A DNA stretch of 64,000 nt from Cytophagaceae bacterium (GTDB lineage: Bacteria > Bacteroidota > Bacteroidia > Cytophagales > Cytophagaceae): positions 3,423-67,422 of the forward strand of contig JAQZBV010000002.1 of assembly GCA_029237685.1 (NCBI GenBank), in the 5' to 3' direction. Of this stretch, positions 1 through 10,200 are shown piece after piece. The notes under the pieces are model-generated. The model saw only the letters and a program-made list of their open reading frames with translations. It ran no database searches and was not told the DNA's origin. The translations under genes were made by a program, and so were the position numbers. How positions within the stretch are numbered: the stretch's first letter is position 1; each line of letters opens with the position of its first letter.

Positions 1-2
1 AA

Positions 3-97
3 AACTGAGAACTGAAAACGGAGAACTGAAAACAGAAGACAGAAGATAGAATGAATAATTATTGCGAATCTCAGTTCTCCGTTTTCAGTTCTCAGTT
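3..97. repeat. Terminator-like inverted repeat built from GAGAACTGAAAAC-type words (27-bp perfect stem 3-29 / 71-97, 41-nt loop), directly 3' of the CHAT gene
   Basis: Read directly: aactgagaactgaaaacggagaactga pairs with tcagttctccgttttcagttctcagtt. The same word family recurs at 29097-29180 and 43327-43398. Confidence 0.85.
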
Positions 98-108
98 CTC
101 TCTTCTCT

Positions 109-2799
109 CTATTTCCCAACTAATATAAACGGCGCCCAATAATACGGATCACTCATTTCTTTATTTTTTAATAATTCCAGTTTTGCTTTCTGAAGGGCTT
201 TGGCATAACTGATACAGCTTGTGTTATTGAGAATGTTGCTGTACAGGTTATTCATCAATTGTAAGGTTGCCTGATCAGAAACACTCCACAACGAAACAAT
301 GATGTTGTTGGCTCCTGCATACAGCAAGGCTCTGGACAAACCGATCAAGCCTTCTCCTTTGGTTACTTTTCCTAATCCTGTTTGACAAGCTGACAGTGTG
401 ATCAATTCGGATTTCAGGTTCAGCGTATAAATCTCCCCGGAATGCAAATCACCGTCTTCGTCTTTATTACTTTTTAAAATGATCTTTGATAGATCAGGGT
501 CATTCTCATTGACTAGTCCGTGTGTGGCCAGGTGAATATAACTCCATTCACTGGTGCTGGCTTTTTTTAGGGCCGCTTCACTGGCTTGTTCGTTTAAGAA
601 GGATTGCACGGCAAAGCCTTTACTTGTAAAAGAGTTTGACAAGCCTTCTATTTCTTGTTTTGTCCCTGGTAAGTCAGCCATTTTTCCTGTAAAAGAAACG
701 GGGGCACACAACAACACATTTCCTGTGGCACATTCATTTTTACTTTTCTTTAAACTTTCCAGGTAGAGTGAAGCACTGTAGTTATACGATATAGCGGCTT
801 GTTTAAGCAGTAAAGGCAATTCCTCCTCTGTGGTGGGTTCTTTGGTAAACAAGGCTTCAAAAGGCGTCGAGCTCAGACGTCCGTCCGGAATAATAACGAG
901 TGATGCTTGGGATGGAATTTTATTCGGAAGCAGTTGTTTGCTCAAGCTGTTTCCAAAATCAATATATTGCTCATGCATGCGGTAACGAATGCTGTTTCTC
1001 CAGGCGGTGAGTTGTTTGTCCATGTTCACATCCTTGTTCTTGCGTATCATTTTGAGTTTCCTGGAGTCTAAGACAAACAAGTAAACTTCTTCGTATTTGT
1101 CGGAAACAAAATAATGCAACAATACCGTGCTGTCCGGCAGCTGCGCTTGTAGTTCTTTTGCTGTTAACGTATTCTTTTTGTACTTCAAATTATAATAAGC
1201 AGGGAAATCGTTTTCCAGTTGTTCAATGTAATTTTCGTACAGTCTGTTTTCTTTAAGTACAAAAGAGCGCCATTGTGATTTTTCTGTTTCGTTTTCTGCT
1301 TTCTTGAGAAACTGTTCTCCATAGGCAATGCGCTTTTTAATTTCATTTTCTTTTTTCAGCAAAGAATCAGGCAATCCGGAAAACGATTTGGCTTTGGCAT
1401 CGGAGATGGCTTCCAATAAAACGGCTGCTTTGTTTTTTTCTGAAAACAAAAAACCTTGGGCGTGATAATCGTTTTTATGCCAAGTGATTTCAGACAACAT
1501 CAGGCATACATGTATCGCATGCTCGTAAATATCGTTGGTGAGTTTCCCTAATTCTACTTTGTCCTTTTTGTTGCTGCGGCGGTGACGAATGCTTTCAGAT
1601 AAAGTATCGGCGCTTTGAAGAGAGGAAAGTGCAAATTTCAGGTCATTAACTTTTAAATCTTTTTTAATGTGTTTTTCTTCCAGTGCCTGAGCTTTCAATA
1701 AAAAAGTATTGAGCATCAGGTCGGAGTGAATCACATCTTCTGTGGAAGGGTTGGAATAAATTTTATGGTTCTCAAACTTAAAAGAATTGGCGATCAACGA
1801 TGCCTGGTAATAGGCCAATGCTTTTTTGTATTTGCTTTTTCGAAGTTCAATAGCGGCCAATTCGTTGTAGCATTCGGCCACTTCCGGATGACGGTTTCCA
1901 AGGTTGGATTTAAAAATAGCCAGTGCTTCCAATTGGTATTTTTCAGCTTCAGCTACTTTGCCGGTCTGCAGGTAAACGTTACCAATATGAGAAAGTGTAA
2001 ACGCATAGTTGATGTGATCTTTACCGACAGAAGATTGAATGATCGTTAAGGCTTTCTCAAATTGCGAGAGGGAAGAATTGTACGTTTGCTCATTTTGATA
2101 CACAATGCCTTTGTTGATCAACGCACTGGCAATGAGTGGGTGGTTCGACTGAAAAACAGCGGTATAAATAGCAATGGCTTTATCGTAATAGGTGATGGCT
2201 TGTTCCGGATTATGGTGTTGGTCAATTAAACCCAGATTCATATAAGATCCGGCAGTGAAAGGAGATTGTTCTCCATAAATAGATTGTCGCAGCTGCAAGG
2301 CCTGCATGGCGTAGTCTGTGGCCTTTTCATTGTTGCCGGTGGTCCAGTATAAAATACCCAAATGATTATAACTTTCAGCCAGAGCGGATTTTAATGTTTT
2401 ATCATTTGCGCTTAGCGTGATACTTTGGTTCAATACTTCTTCCGCTTCGTCGTATTCTCCTTGTCCGATTTTTGAAAGACCGAGTGCATTGAGTAGCCCT
2501 GCTTTCTCTGCTGCAGCGGTGGACGGACATTCCGAAAGGGCGAGTTGTAGAATGGTTTCAGCTTCTTCAAAAAAACCAAGCCTGATCTTACATTCAGCCT
2601 GTTTTTGCACCATCGTATAATAGACCGGTACATTTGCTTTGCCCGCTTGTTTGGATGCGCTTAAATAATGTGATTCCGCCAGGAGGTAATCGCCTGACCA
2701 GAATAAAGAATCCGCTTTCTGAACATGGTTAGGCAGCGTTTGTGCTTGCGTCAATGTGGTGGCGAAACAAAAGAAAAATATGTAAAGGATGAATTTCAT
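109..2799 (-). CDS. Secreted TPR-repeat / CHAT-domain (caspase-like) protein
   Basis: 896-aa ORF with a signal-like N-terminus MKFILYIFFFCFATTLTQAQ. TPR-like repeats span aa ~30-340 (e.g. AESYNHLGILYWTTGNNEKATDYAMQAL). The C-terminus has the CHAT dyad context YIHLATHG and ITLSACQTG, followed by GLSRALLYAGANNIIVSLW. Confidence 0.85.
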   Translation of the reverse strand: MKFILYIFFFCFATTLTQAQTLPNHVQKADSLFWSGDYLLAESHYLSASKQAGKANVPVYYTMVQKQAECKIRLGFFEEAETILQLALSECPSTAAAEKAGLLNALGLSKIGQGEYDEAEEVLNQSITLSANDKTLKSALAESYNHLGILYWTTGNNEKATDYAMQALQLRQSIYGEQSPFTAGSYMNLGLIDQHHNPEQAITYYDKAIAIYTAVFQSNHPLIASALINKGIVYQNEQTYNSSLSQFEKALTIIQSSVGKDHINYAFTLSHIGNVYLQTGKVAEAEKYQLEALAIFKSNLGNRHPEVAECYNELAAIELRKSKYKKALAYYQASLIANSFKFENHKIYSNPSTEDVIHSDLMLNTFLLKAQALEEKHIKKDLKVNDLKFALSSLQSADTLSESIRHRRSNKKDKVELGKLTNDIYEHAIHVCLMLSEITWHKNDYHAQGFLFSEKNKAAVLLEAISDAKAKSFSGLPDSLLKKENEIKKRIAYGEQFLKKAENETEKSQWRSFVLKENRLYENYIEQLENDFPAYYNLKYKKNTLTAKELQAQLPDSTVLLHYFVSDKYEEVYLFVLDSRKLKMIRKNKDVNMDKQLTAWRNSIRYRMHEQYIDFGNSLSKQLLPNKIPSQASLVIIPDGRLSSTPFEALFTKEPTTEEELPLLLKQAAISYNYSASLYLESLKKSKNECATGNVLLCAPVSFTGKMADLPGTKQEIEGLSNSFTSKGFAVQSFLNEQASEAALKKASTSEWSYIHLATHGLVNENDPDLSKIILKSNKDEDGDLHSGEIYTLNLKSELITLSACQTGLGKVTKGEGLIGLSRALLYAGANNIIVSLWSVSDQATLQLMNNLYSNILNNTSCISYAKALQKAKLELLKNKEMSDPYYWAPFILVGK

Positions 2800-2810
2800 A
2801 AGGACGCGCT

Positions 2811-3782
2811 TTAGAATTTATATTCCACACCTATCGTTTGTACCCATTCCCTGGAAAGCCCGTCAGGATTGGTTTCGCGTTGTATTAAGGCATAACCGAA
2901 CATGCCTTTGATGCTCGTTTTTACAGTAAAGTTATAGCCAATGCCACCCAAAGCGGTCAAGGCAAGTCCGGTAGTCTTGTCTTTTGCACGCACTTCTTTA
3001 TGTGGAGGAGAGAAAACCTTGTCTTTGTTCAGGCGGTAAATACCGAGCAAACCAACATAGGCATTAAATTTAGAAGAGCGGAAGTTGCGCTCTATGCGTA
3101 GCATGATGTCCTTGCCGCGCAGTACATCTTTTGATACCGGATAAGCCAATGCTTCTTGTTGTTTGTCAGAGCCGGCCCATGCTCCCCATACAAATTCATT
3201 ACCGGACGAGTTGAGTGCCTGTTGGTAACCCGTAGCGAAAAGCCATTGCCTGGTGATTAAAGAAATACCGGCAATCGCATCGTAGGTGCCAAGACTGGTT
3301 TGGTAATAACTCGGTAATGGTCTGCCATCGTCTGACTTGAGGTTAGGAACCATGGTCGGTATTTTTGTACCGATACTGACGTTGACCTGATAACTGCTTT
3401 TGGCAATTACATTTCGTGTAAAGCTGAGGGAGATATCACCGGTACCATTGGTATTGGCAAGGCTGCCTCTGACCAGTTGGTAGGGTAGTTTGATTTGTAA
3501 GGTATTTCTTTTGCCAACGGAGAAGTTGGCATCCAGCGTATAATTCAGGATGAGGTCGTCGAATTTGGTATAACCTATATATTGGGAGAATTCAATGCTG
3601 CGTAATTTAACGTTTGTTTGTGTACTGTAATGTTGGTTGGGCCGCATGGCTCCCATGGTACAAAAACCGGCATCACTGCAACCCTGACCTTGACTGAGTA
3701 GGGGATAAAGAAAGACCTGGAGCAGAAAAAATGTCTTTTGCAACGTAGGCTTTTGAGTTAAAAAATAAATCTTGTTTAACAT
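2811..3782 (-). CDS. Outer-membrane beta-barrel protein (MetA/phenol-degradation-like 'transporter' family, tentative)
   Basis: Track ORF 2811-3836 trimmed to ATG 3782 (MLNKIYF...), which gives a signal peptide ending LLSQGQG followed by CSDAGFC. The sequence has an alternating amphipathic strand pattern and ends GVEYKF (terminal Phe, typical OMP beta-signal). It lies 11 nt upstream of the CHAT gene. Confidence 0.6.
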   Translation of the reverse strand: MLNKIYFLTQKPTLQKTFFLLQVFLYPLLSQGQGCSDAGFCTMGAMRPNQHYSTQTNVKLRSIEFSQYIGYTKFDDLILNYTLDANFSVGKRNTLQIKLPYQLVRGSLANTNGTGDISLSFTRNVIAKSSYQVNVSIGTKIPTMVPNLKSDDGRPLPSYYQTSLGTYDAIAGISLITRQWLFATGYQQALNSSGNEFVWGAWAGSDKQQEALAYPVSKDVLRGKDIMLRIERNFRSSKFNAYVGLLGIYRLNKDKVFSPPHKEVRAKDKTTGLALTALGGIGYNFTVKTSIKGMFGYALIQRETNPDGLSREWVQTIGVEYKF

Positions 3783-3850
3783 GTTCTTCAAGTCTATAAT
3801 ACCTATTTTTACTTTTAAATATAATATTAAAATCAATAAAAATATTCAAA

Positions 3851-4774
3851 ATGAGTTTGTTAGTAGTAGGATCAGTTGCTTTTGATGCCATCGAGACGCC
3901 CTTTGGCAAAACAGATAAAATTGTAGGAGGTGCAGCCACTTATATCGGGCTTTCTGCTTCTTATTTCCATAAACCCATCAATCTGGTAGCTGTAGTAGGC
4001 GGAGATTTTCCTCAAAAAGACATTGACCTGCTCGTTAAACATGGCGTGAATACTGCCGGTTTGCAGATCAAGAAGGAGGAGAAAACTTTTTTCTGGTCCG
4101 GGAAATACCACAACGACATGAATTCAAGGGATACGTTGGTAACGGAATTGAATGTTTTGGGTGATTTTGATCCTATTATTCCTGAGGCCTATCAAGATGC
4201 AGAATACCTGATGCTGGGCAATCTTTCTCCGCAGGTGCAACGTTCGGTGATCGAACGTTTGACAAACAGACCGAAGTTGATTGTCATGGATACCATGAAT
4301 TTCTGGATGGAAATTGCATTGGATGAATTGAAGAAAACCATCTCCATGGTGGATGTGTTGTCGATCAATGACGAGGAAGCCAGACAATTGTCCGGAGAAT
4401 ATTCTTTAGTGAAAGCAGCGAAAAAAATATTGGACATGGGTCCAAAATATTTAATTGTAAAAAAAGGAGAGCACGGTGCCTTGTTGTTCAATAAAGAACA
4501 AGTATTCTTCGCTCCGGCCTTGCCGTTAGAAGATGTGTTTGACCCCACAGGAGCCGGCGATACATTTGCAGGCGGCTTTATCGGTTACATTGCACAAACC
4601 AAAGACATCTCTTTCGCTAACATGAAAAGAGCCATTATCCATGGTTCTGCAATGGCTTCTTATTGTGTAGAAAAATTCGGAACAGAGCGTTTGCTTCACT
4701 TAACACCGGATGAAATCGAAGACCGTGTGCAGGATTTTGTGGAGCTGGTTCAGTTTGAAATTCCTTTGAAATAG
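3851..4774 (+). CDS. PfkB-family carbohydrate kinase
   Basis: 307-aa ORF with the ribokinase/PfkB signature DPTGAGDTFAGGFIGY near the C-terminus. The substrate cannot be inferred. Confidence 0.85.
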   Translation: MSLLVVGSVAFDAIETPFGKTDKIVGGAATYIGLSASYFHKPINLVAVVGGDFPQKDIDLLVKHGVNTAGLQIKKEEKTFFWSGKYHNDMNSRDTLVTELNVLGDFDPIIPEAYQDAEYLMLGNLSPQVQRSVIERLTNRPKLIVMDTMNFWMEIALDELKKTISMVDVLSINDEEARQLSGEYSLVKAAKKILDMGPKYLIVKKGEHGALLFNKEQVFFAPALPLEDVFDPTGAGDTFAGGFIGYIAQTKDISFANMKRAIIHGSAMASYCVEKFGTERLLHLTPDEIEDRVQDFVELVQFEIPLK

Positions 4775-4900
4775 TTGGATAGTTGTTAGTTGCTAGTTGT
4801 TAGTTCGACTATACCATCTGAATACTTAAAATAATTTAATAAAAGTTTAAAAATATTTTAAACTAACAACTAACAACTAACAACTAACAACTAACAACTA
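4775..4900. repeat. Long hairpin whose arms are tandem heptamers (GTTAGTT-type arm 4775-4806; AACTAAC x ~5.9 arm 4861-4900; AT-rich ~54-nt loop); terminator-like
   Basis: Read directly. The left arm starts 1 nt after the pfkB-family stop (TAG 4772-4774). Confidence 0.85.
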
Positions 4901-4908
4901 AATTCCCC

Positions 4909-6306
4909 ATGCCTCACCGGTTCTACATACTGTTCAGTATTATTGTCCTCTCATTAGGAGGATGCAAAACAGCTTTGCAAACCCTGGCACCTGAAGAGAA
5001 GTATGAGGAAGTAGATTTTTCTCCTCAAGTATCTTCTTTCAGTATTCCGCTTGATTTTTCTATTCCTGAAATGCAGGCTTTGGCGAATAAGTACACGGAG
5101 GGCGTGTTGTACGAAGACAAGAACATGGAAGACGATAATTTCATGGTTAAAGTCGAGAAGTACAGCCCCATTACCTTATCTCTCTACGGCAATGAAATTC
5201 AATACCGTGTACCCTTGAAAGTTTGGGTGAAAGGCGGTACATCGCTCAGTGCGCTGGGTTTCTCCTTGTCTGATGCAGAAGAAGCCGAAGGTTCACTGGC
5301 TTTGATCTTTCGTACCAAGGTTGACTTCGATGCGTTTTGGAACATACAGACCACCACTCGTTTCATCAGTTATGAATGGTTAGTGCAACCCAAATTTTCT
5401 ATTCCTTTACTAACAGTTCCATTCAAAATCGTAGCAGACCGGATGATCAAAAGTCAGCAAGCCAGCATTGCCGCGATCATTGATGAACAGGTAAGAAAAA
5501 ACGTAGACACACGTAAATACATCGAAACAGCCTGGGATTACATGCATCAACCCATTAACCTTTCTACTGATCCTCCTACCTGGTTAAAATTACAGCCGAA
5601 AGAATTATTCGTCTCTCCTTTTACTTCCGATGCGCAGCATTTATATGTCACCATAGGATTAAAAGCGATCACGGAAACCGTGATCGGCAAACAACCTGTA
5701 TTGGCTCGCTCTAATTTACCCAATTATAAAGTAGAGAAGCAGCAATCCCCGGCATACAACATTCAACTCGCTGTAAACATCAGTTACGAGGATGTGACAG
5801 AGATGTCTCGTAAATACCTGAAAGGACAAGTGTATACGTTCAGTAATGGCAAGAAAAAAATAGTCATCGAAGACGTAAGCTTTTACGGCAACGCGGAAAA
5901 GATGGTAGCGGAAGTCCTATTGTCCGGAAGCTTGAACGGTAAAGTTTATTTAAAAGGATTGCCTGTATATGATTCCCTTTCCAGAAAAGTGGTCTTCAGT
6001 CAATTGGATTTTGACTTGGATACCAAAAATAAGTTAACAAAATCAGCGAATTGGCTGGCGCATGATATCCTGGTAAAAAAGATGGCGCCGTATTTTTCTT
6101 ATTACATCGGAGATCAGCTGGACAGTGCCGCTGTAGAAGCAAGAGCCAATTTAAAGCGCAAGCAATTGCATCCTAATTTTATCGTAGACGGAACATTGGA
6201 GAAATTGCAACCGGCGGATATTGTATTGACCAAACAGGGCATTATAGCACTCGTGAATGCAAAGGGGGTGATACGCCTATTTGTTACCGGATTGGATAAG
6301 TATTGA
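4909..6306 (+). CDS. Lipoprotein of unknown function (DUF4403-like, assignment unverified)
   Basis: 465-aa ORF with a signal peptide and lipobox-like LSLGGC. Its length and composition resemble Bacteroidota DUF4403 proteins; this is from memory only. Confidence 0.6.
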   Translation: MPHRFYILFSIIVLSLGGCKTALQTLAPEEKYEEVDFSPQVSSFSIPLDFSIPEMQALANKYTEGVLYEDKNMEDDNFMVKVEKYSPITLSLYGNEIQYRVPLKVWVKGGTSLSALGFSLSDAEEAEGSLALIFRTKVDFDAFWNIQTTTRFISYEWLVQPKFSIPLLTVPFKIVADRMIKSQQASIAAIIDEQVRKNVDTRKYIETAWDYMHQPINLSTDPPTWLKLQPKELFVSPFTSDAQHLYVTIGLKAITETVIGKQPVLARSNLPNYKVEKQQSPAYNIQLAVNISYEDVTEMSRKYLKGQVYTFSNGKKKIVIEDVSFYGNAEKMVAEVLLSGSLNGKVYLKGLPVYDSLSRKVVFSQLDFDLDTKNKLTKSANWLAHDILVKKMAPYFSYYIGDQLDSAAVEARANLKRKQLHPNFIVDGTLEKLQPADIVLTKQGIIALVNAKGVIRLFVTGLDKY

Positions 6307-7200
6307 TTGCTTGTGAAGCAGAAGAAGTTTGTACAGATCAAATAAAACGAGTGGTCCAGAAAACCAAATCAAGATTTTTTTAATGAGAGGTTGAGCAGGA
6401 AAAAGTAAGCGCAGGATAAAATGCAACCGGTATTCCCCCAGTTTCTTATAAGCGGCAAGCGATTTGAAATTAAGAAGCAGTTCCTCTCGAGTCAACATAT
6501 TGCCTTGCACAATCGTAGCGAGGGATTGAATGCTCTGTTCGGCTTTGTTTAAAAACTCTGTATTGTTTTCAAGTCCGGTATGAATGACCGCATTGTCAAT
6601 GCATTCAATTTTAATTTTTTGTTTCGTTGCAATGATCCCGAACAAGGTGTCTTCATGGCCGTATTGCGTGAGCCCCTCATTGAATAGAATGGTATTGAAA
6701 ACAGATTTATAGAGGCAGAAATTATTGGATTTGAATCCTTCTCCCTCTTTGTCCAGGGAAGAAGAGACTTCTCTGGTAGAGCCATACTTCCAATGCAGTT
6801 GCGTTTGTCGAGTTCTGTAGGCTGGACTGTAATGTGTGCCTCCGCATAAGATGGTATCGCTTTTTACAAGGCTCAAATAATAGGTAATGAAATCTACACG
6901 GATGGGTAAAGAATCTGCATCGATGAACAATAAAATTTCTCCCTTGGCTTGTGCCGCTAAGAAATTCCGGGCTGCAGAACGGCCTTTGTTGGCTTCAAAA
7001 TAGAATAAACAAATCTCCGGTTCATGGAGTAAATCCACATTCAGTTGTTTACCGGCTTCATTTGAACCGTCTTCTACCAGAAGGATTTCTATGGCAAGAT
7101 TTTTATTCCTTATTTCCACCAACAACGATTCTACCAGCGGATGAACGTCAAAGTCCTTCACAGGTATGCAGATGCTTAAAATGGGTGTAGCGGTGGTCAT
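6277..7200 (-). CDS. Family-2 glycosyltransferase (GT-A fold)
   Basis: 307-aa ORF with motifs LSICIPVKD, LLVEDGS and LLFIDADS. Its 3' end overlaps the convergent upstream gene by 30 nt. Confidence 0.8.
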   Translation of the reverse strand: MTTATPILSICIPVKDFDVHPLVESLLVEIRNKNLAIEILLVEDGSNEAGKQLNVDLLHEPEICLFYFEANKGRSAARNFLAAQAKGEILLFIDADSLPIRVDFITYYLSLVKSDTILCGGTHYSPAYRTRQTQLHWKYGSTREVSSSLDKEGEGFKSNNFCLYKSVFNTILFNEGLTQYGHEDTLFGIIATKQKIKIECIDNAVIHTGLENNTEFLNKAEQSIQSLATIVQGNMLTREELLLNFKSLAAYKKLGEYRLHFILRLLFPAQPLIKKILIWFSGPLVLFDLYKLLLLHKQSILIQSGNK

Positions 7201-7274
7201 GGAGCTAATGTGTTGTAAGATGAAAAAAAAAGCCTATTAAGACAATTATTCATTCTGCTTTCCTCTCCAATTGG

Positions 7275-7282
7275 TATATTTG
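7275..7282 (+). promoter_or_regulatory. Candidate Bacteroidota -7 promoter box TATATTTG (TAnnTTTG consensus) upstream of the helicase gene
   Basis: Exact match to the published TAnnTTTG consensus, 17 nt before the TTG start. No clear -33 TTG element is present. Confidence 0.35.
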
Positions 7283-7298
7283 TTAAAATCATCGATGC

Positions 7299-10200
7299 TT
7301 GAAAGATCTCCTCAATATATTCCGAAACAGACTGTTAGACCTTTCCTCTGCCAATAGATCCGTTTTTTTGCCCAAGGTTTACAAGGGTAAATTTTCTGAT
7401 TTAAAATCTTGGGATTATTTATCGGCTCTTTCTTCGTTGGATATTGTAAAGGCCATGCTGGCCGGTAAAACGGTGATAAAAATAGCGGATGTCAAACACA
7501 TTCGACCAGATGATTTGGAAGTGGTATTGGAAGAAGCTAAAAAACTGATCCGTACCCGTCAATTGATTTTTGATGAAACAGGCAGTGCGGATTTTTACAT
7601 CGGCTGGCCATTTGTAGAAGGAGTATTAAAAAACGGAATGCCTTTACGTGCGCCATTGATTTTTTTTCCTTATCAATTGAAACAGGTAGGTCGGGAAGTA
7701 TTTTTGGAAAAAGGGGCATTGGATGAACCGTTTTGGAATCGGTCCTTGTTTTTGTCCTTGTCTTATTTTGAAGAGTATGCCTTTGATTCCGCCTGGTTAG
7801 AAACTCTTGTCAGTGGCTTGGAGGATAAACCGGATCAGGATTTTAGATTGGGCTTGTTGGAAGAATTAAAAAAACAAGGCTGGCATGCCGCGTTTGACCG
7901 GGAGTTTTTATCGGAAAATTTAATTCATTGCCTACCGGTTAACAAAGCCGACTTAGAATCACGCTATCCGGCAGGTACTTATAAGCTAAAATCTTATGCG
8001 GTGATGGGTTTGTTCCCTCAATCCGCTTCTTATATACATTCCGATTATGATTTCCTAAAAGAAAGCACTTCGGAACATACTTTAGAATCATTGTTTGCTG
8101 CGCAGTATCATCGCAATGAAGTAGGAAATAAGAATGCCACGATAGAGTTTACACCCTTGGCTGTAGACGGGTCTCAGGAAAATATCATAGCTCAGGTTTC
8201 TTCTGGTCAATCGCTGGTAGTACAGGGGCCTCCGGGAAGCGGGAAGACGCAATTGATCTGTAATCTTATTGCACAGTTTTTGGGCAAAGGGAAAAAAGTA
8301 TTGGTGATCTGTCAAAAGAAAGCCGCATTGGATGTGATCTATGAGCGTCTTCAATCGATCGAACTGGAGCGTTTTGTTTCCTTGTTGCACGACGCAGGTA
8401 CAGAGAAGAAGTTGCTGTTTGATAAAATTGCCGATCAGATTCAATCTTCTGAACAGTATAAAAATCAAAACATTCATCCCGATACCATTGTACTGGAAAA
8501 AGAATTCTCCAGGGTACAGTCTTCTATTGCGAGGCTGGTTGAGTTTTTTTCTAAATACAAACAAGCGCTATACGATACACAGATAGGAGGGGAAACGGCG
8601 CATGCCTTATACTTGTTGTCCAATAAACAACAGGCTGTCGTGAACCTGGACCTGGAATTTCAAAGCATACCTGCCAATGAAGTTCCCAATAAAAGCCTGG
8701 ATCTTGAACAGTTTTTATTTTACCATGCGGCTATTGAAAGCGATTTCGAATTGATTCATGCGGCGGTAAATCAGCATTTATCCATTGACGACAAGGAAAC
8801 CATGATCCGTTTATTGGATCAAATTCCATCGGTTCTTCATCAACTACAGGAATGGAACGAAAGAGAAAATTTACTCACGGCCATTGATCTCTCTTTTGCT
8901 TCATCCTGGATGCAGAAGATCAGAGTTTGGAAAAATGAAGCACTGGTTTTTCAACACCACATCAATGCTTCTGCGGTAGAAGAATTTTCAAAAGAACATA
9001 TTGTTCAATGGAGGTTAACCGTTAAAAAGGGTTTTATCCTTTTAAATCGTTTGGTGTCTCAGCCACCGGTAGAATTAACAGAACAGTGGAAGCTTCGCGT
9101 ACAGAAAGCTTCTCGAGGCGGATGGAATCGTTTGCTGTTTCAGGTTCATGTAGCCGTGGCTAATGCGCCATTGAAATTGTGGTTGCGCAGTAATAAGCTC
9201 GATACAAGCAAAGAAAACCTTGCTTTTTTAGTAGAGTTGTTTTCTACTATCGATGAATTGGATCAATTAAGAAGCAATTGGTCCACGCATTCTTTTCTTC
9301 AAACGAATCATGGGTTGACCGAGCGTTTTTTTGCAGAGCATTTGAAAGTCTTCGATCGCATCCATCAGGAATTGGAACGTGCATCGGATATACCCGCACT
9401 AAAGGCCTTATGGAGAACGACTCCGTTGTTTAAAGAGCGGTTAGAGAACATGCTGTCGATCGTTCAGGAAAGACACCAAACTTTGTCTCCTTATTTCGAG
9501 CATTGGAAACCGAAGACGGTAGACCGCTTGTTCTCAGAGGAAGCGTACAGGTTACAATGGCGTAATTTTGTGACGCAGCGTTTCGAACGATGGTTGGGTT
9601 ACGAGCAATTGAAACGAAACCTTGATTTGTCTTTGTTCACTTCGTTTCATAAAGTGATTCGCGAAGTAACGGGAGATAAGACTTTAATTGTTGACACCTG
9701 GAAACAATCTGTATACCGTGCCTGGATTGAAGAAAAAGAAAAAGTATATCCTATTCTGAAAACGGTTTCCACCCCCGAGTGGGAAATGAAAGAGCAGGAA
9801 TTGCAAACCTTGGTAGACAGACGCTACAGCCTTTCGTTAGAATTTTTGAAAATAAAATTACGAGAATGGGTGTATGCGGACATTCAGTACAACCGATTGA
9901 ATCGCCAGGTTACTTACAGAGACCTGAATCACCAGGTCACGAAAAAAAGAAATGTGTGGCCGGTACGCAAATTGATTGCCGAGCATCAGGAAGAAATATT
10001 GGATCTTATTCCGTGTTGGCTGGTTTCGCCGGAAACGGCATCGACCATTTTCCCTATGCAAGATCTTTTCGATCTGGTGATCTTCGATGAAGCCTCTCAG
10101 TGTTTTGTAGAAAAAGCATTTCCTTCTTTGTTCCGCGCCAAACAAGCGGTAGTCATTGGCGACGACAAGCAATTGAGACCAAGCGATCTGTACCGTGTCC

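Noticed and set aside
109-2799. The TPR-CHAT protein as a type III-E CRISPR-associated (Csx29-like) protease or other cytoplasmic defence effector
   Set aside because: It has an N-terminal secretion signal, no cas or other defence genes are adjacent, and it is paired with an outer-membrane protein. An extracytoplasmic role is more consistent.
4861-4900. Tandem AACTAAC arrays as a possible CRISPR or microsatellite locus
   Set aside because: The unit is only 7 nt with no spacers, so it is not CRISPR. The arrays are arms of hairpins paired with complementary GTTAGTT arrays, so they are treated as structured repeats rather than simple microsatellites.
6277-6306. 30-nt overlap of the convergent DUF4403-like and GT2 genes
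   Set aside because: Both reading frames look intact to their stops. Convergent 3' overlaps of this size occur naturally, and there is no evidence of a frameshift or pseudogene.
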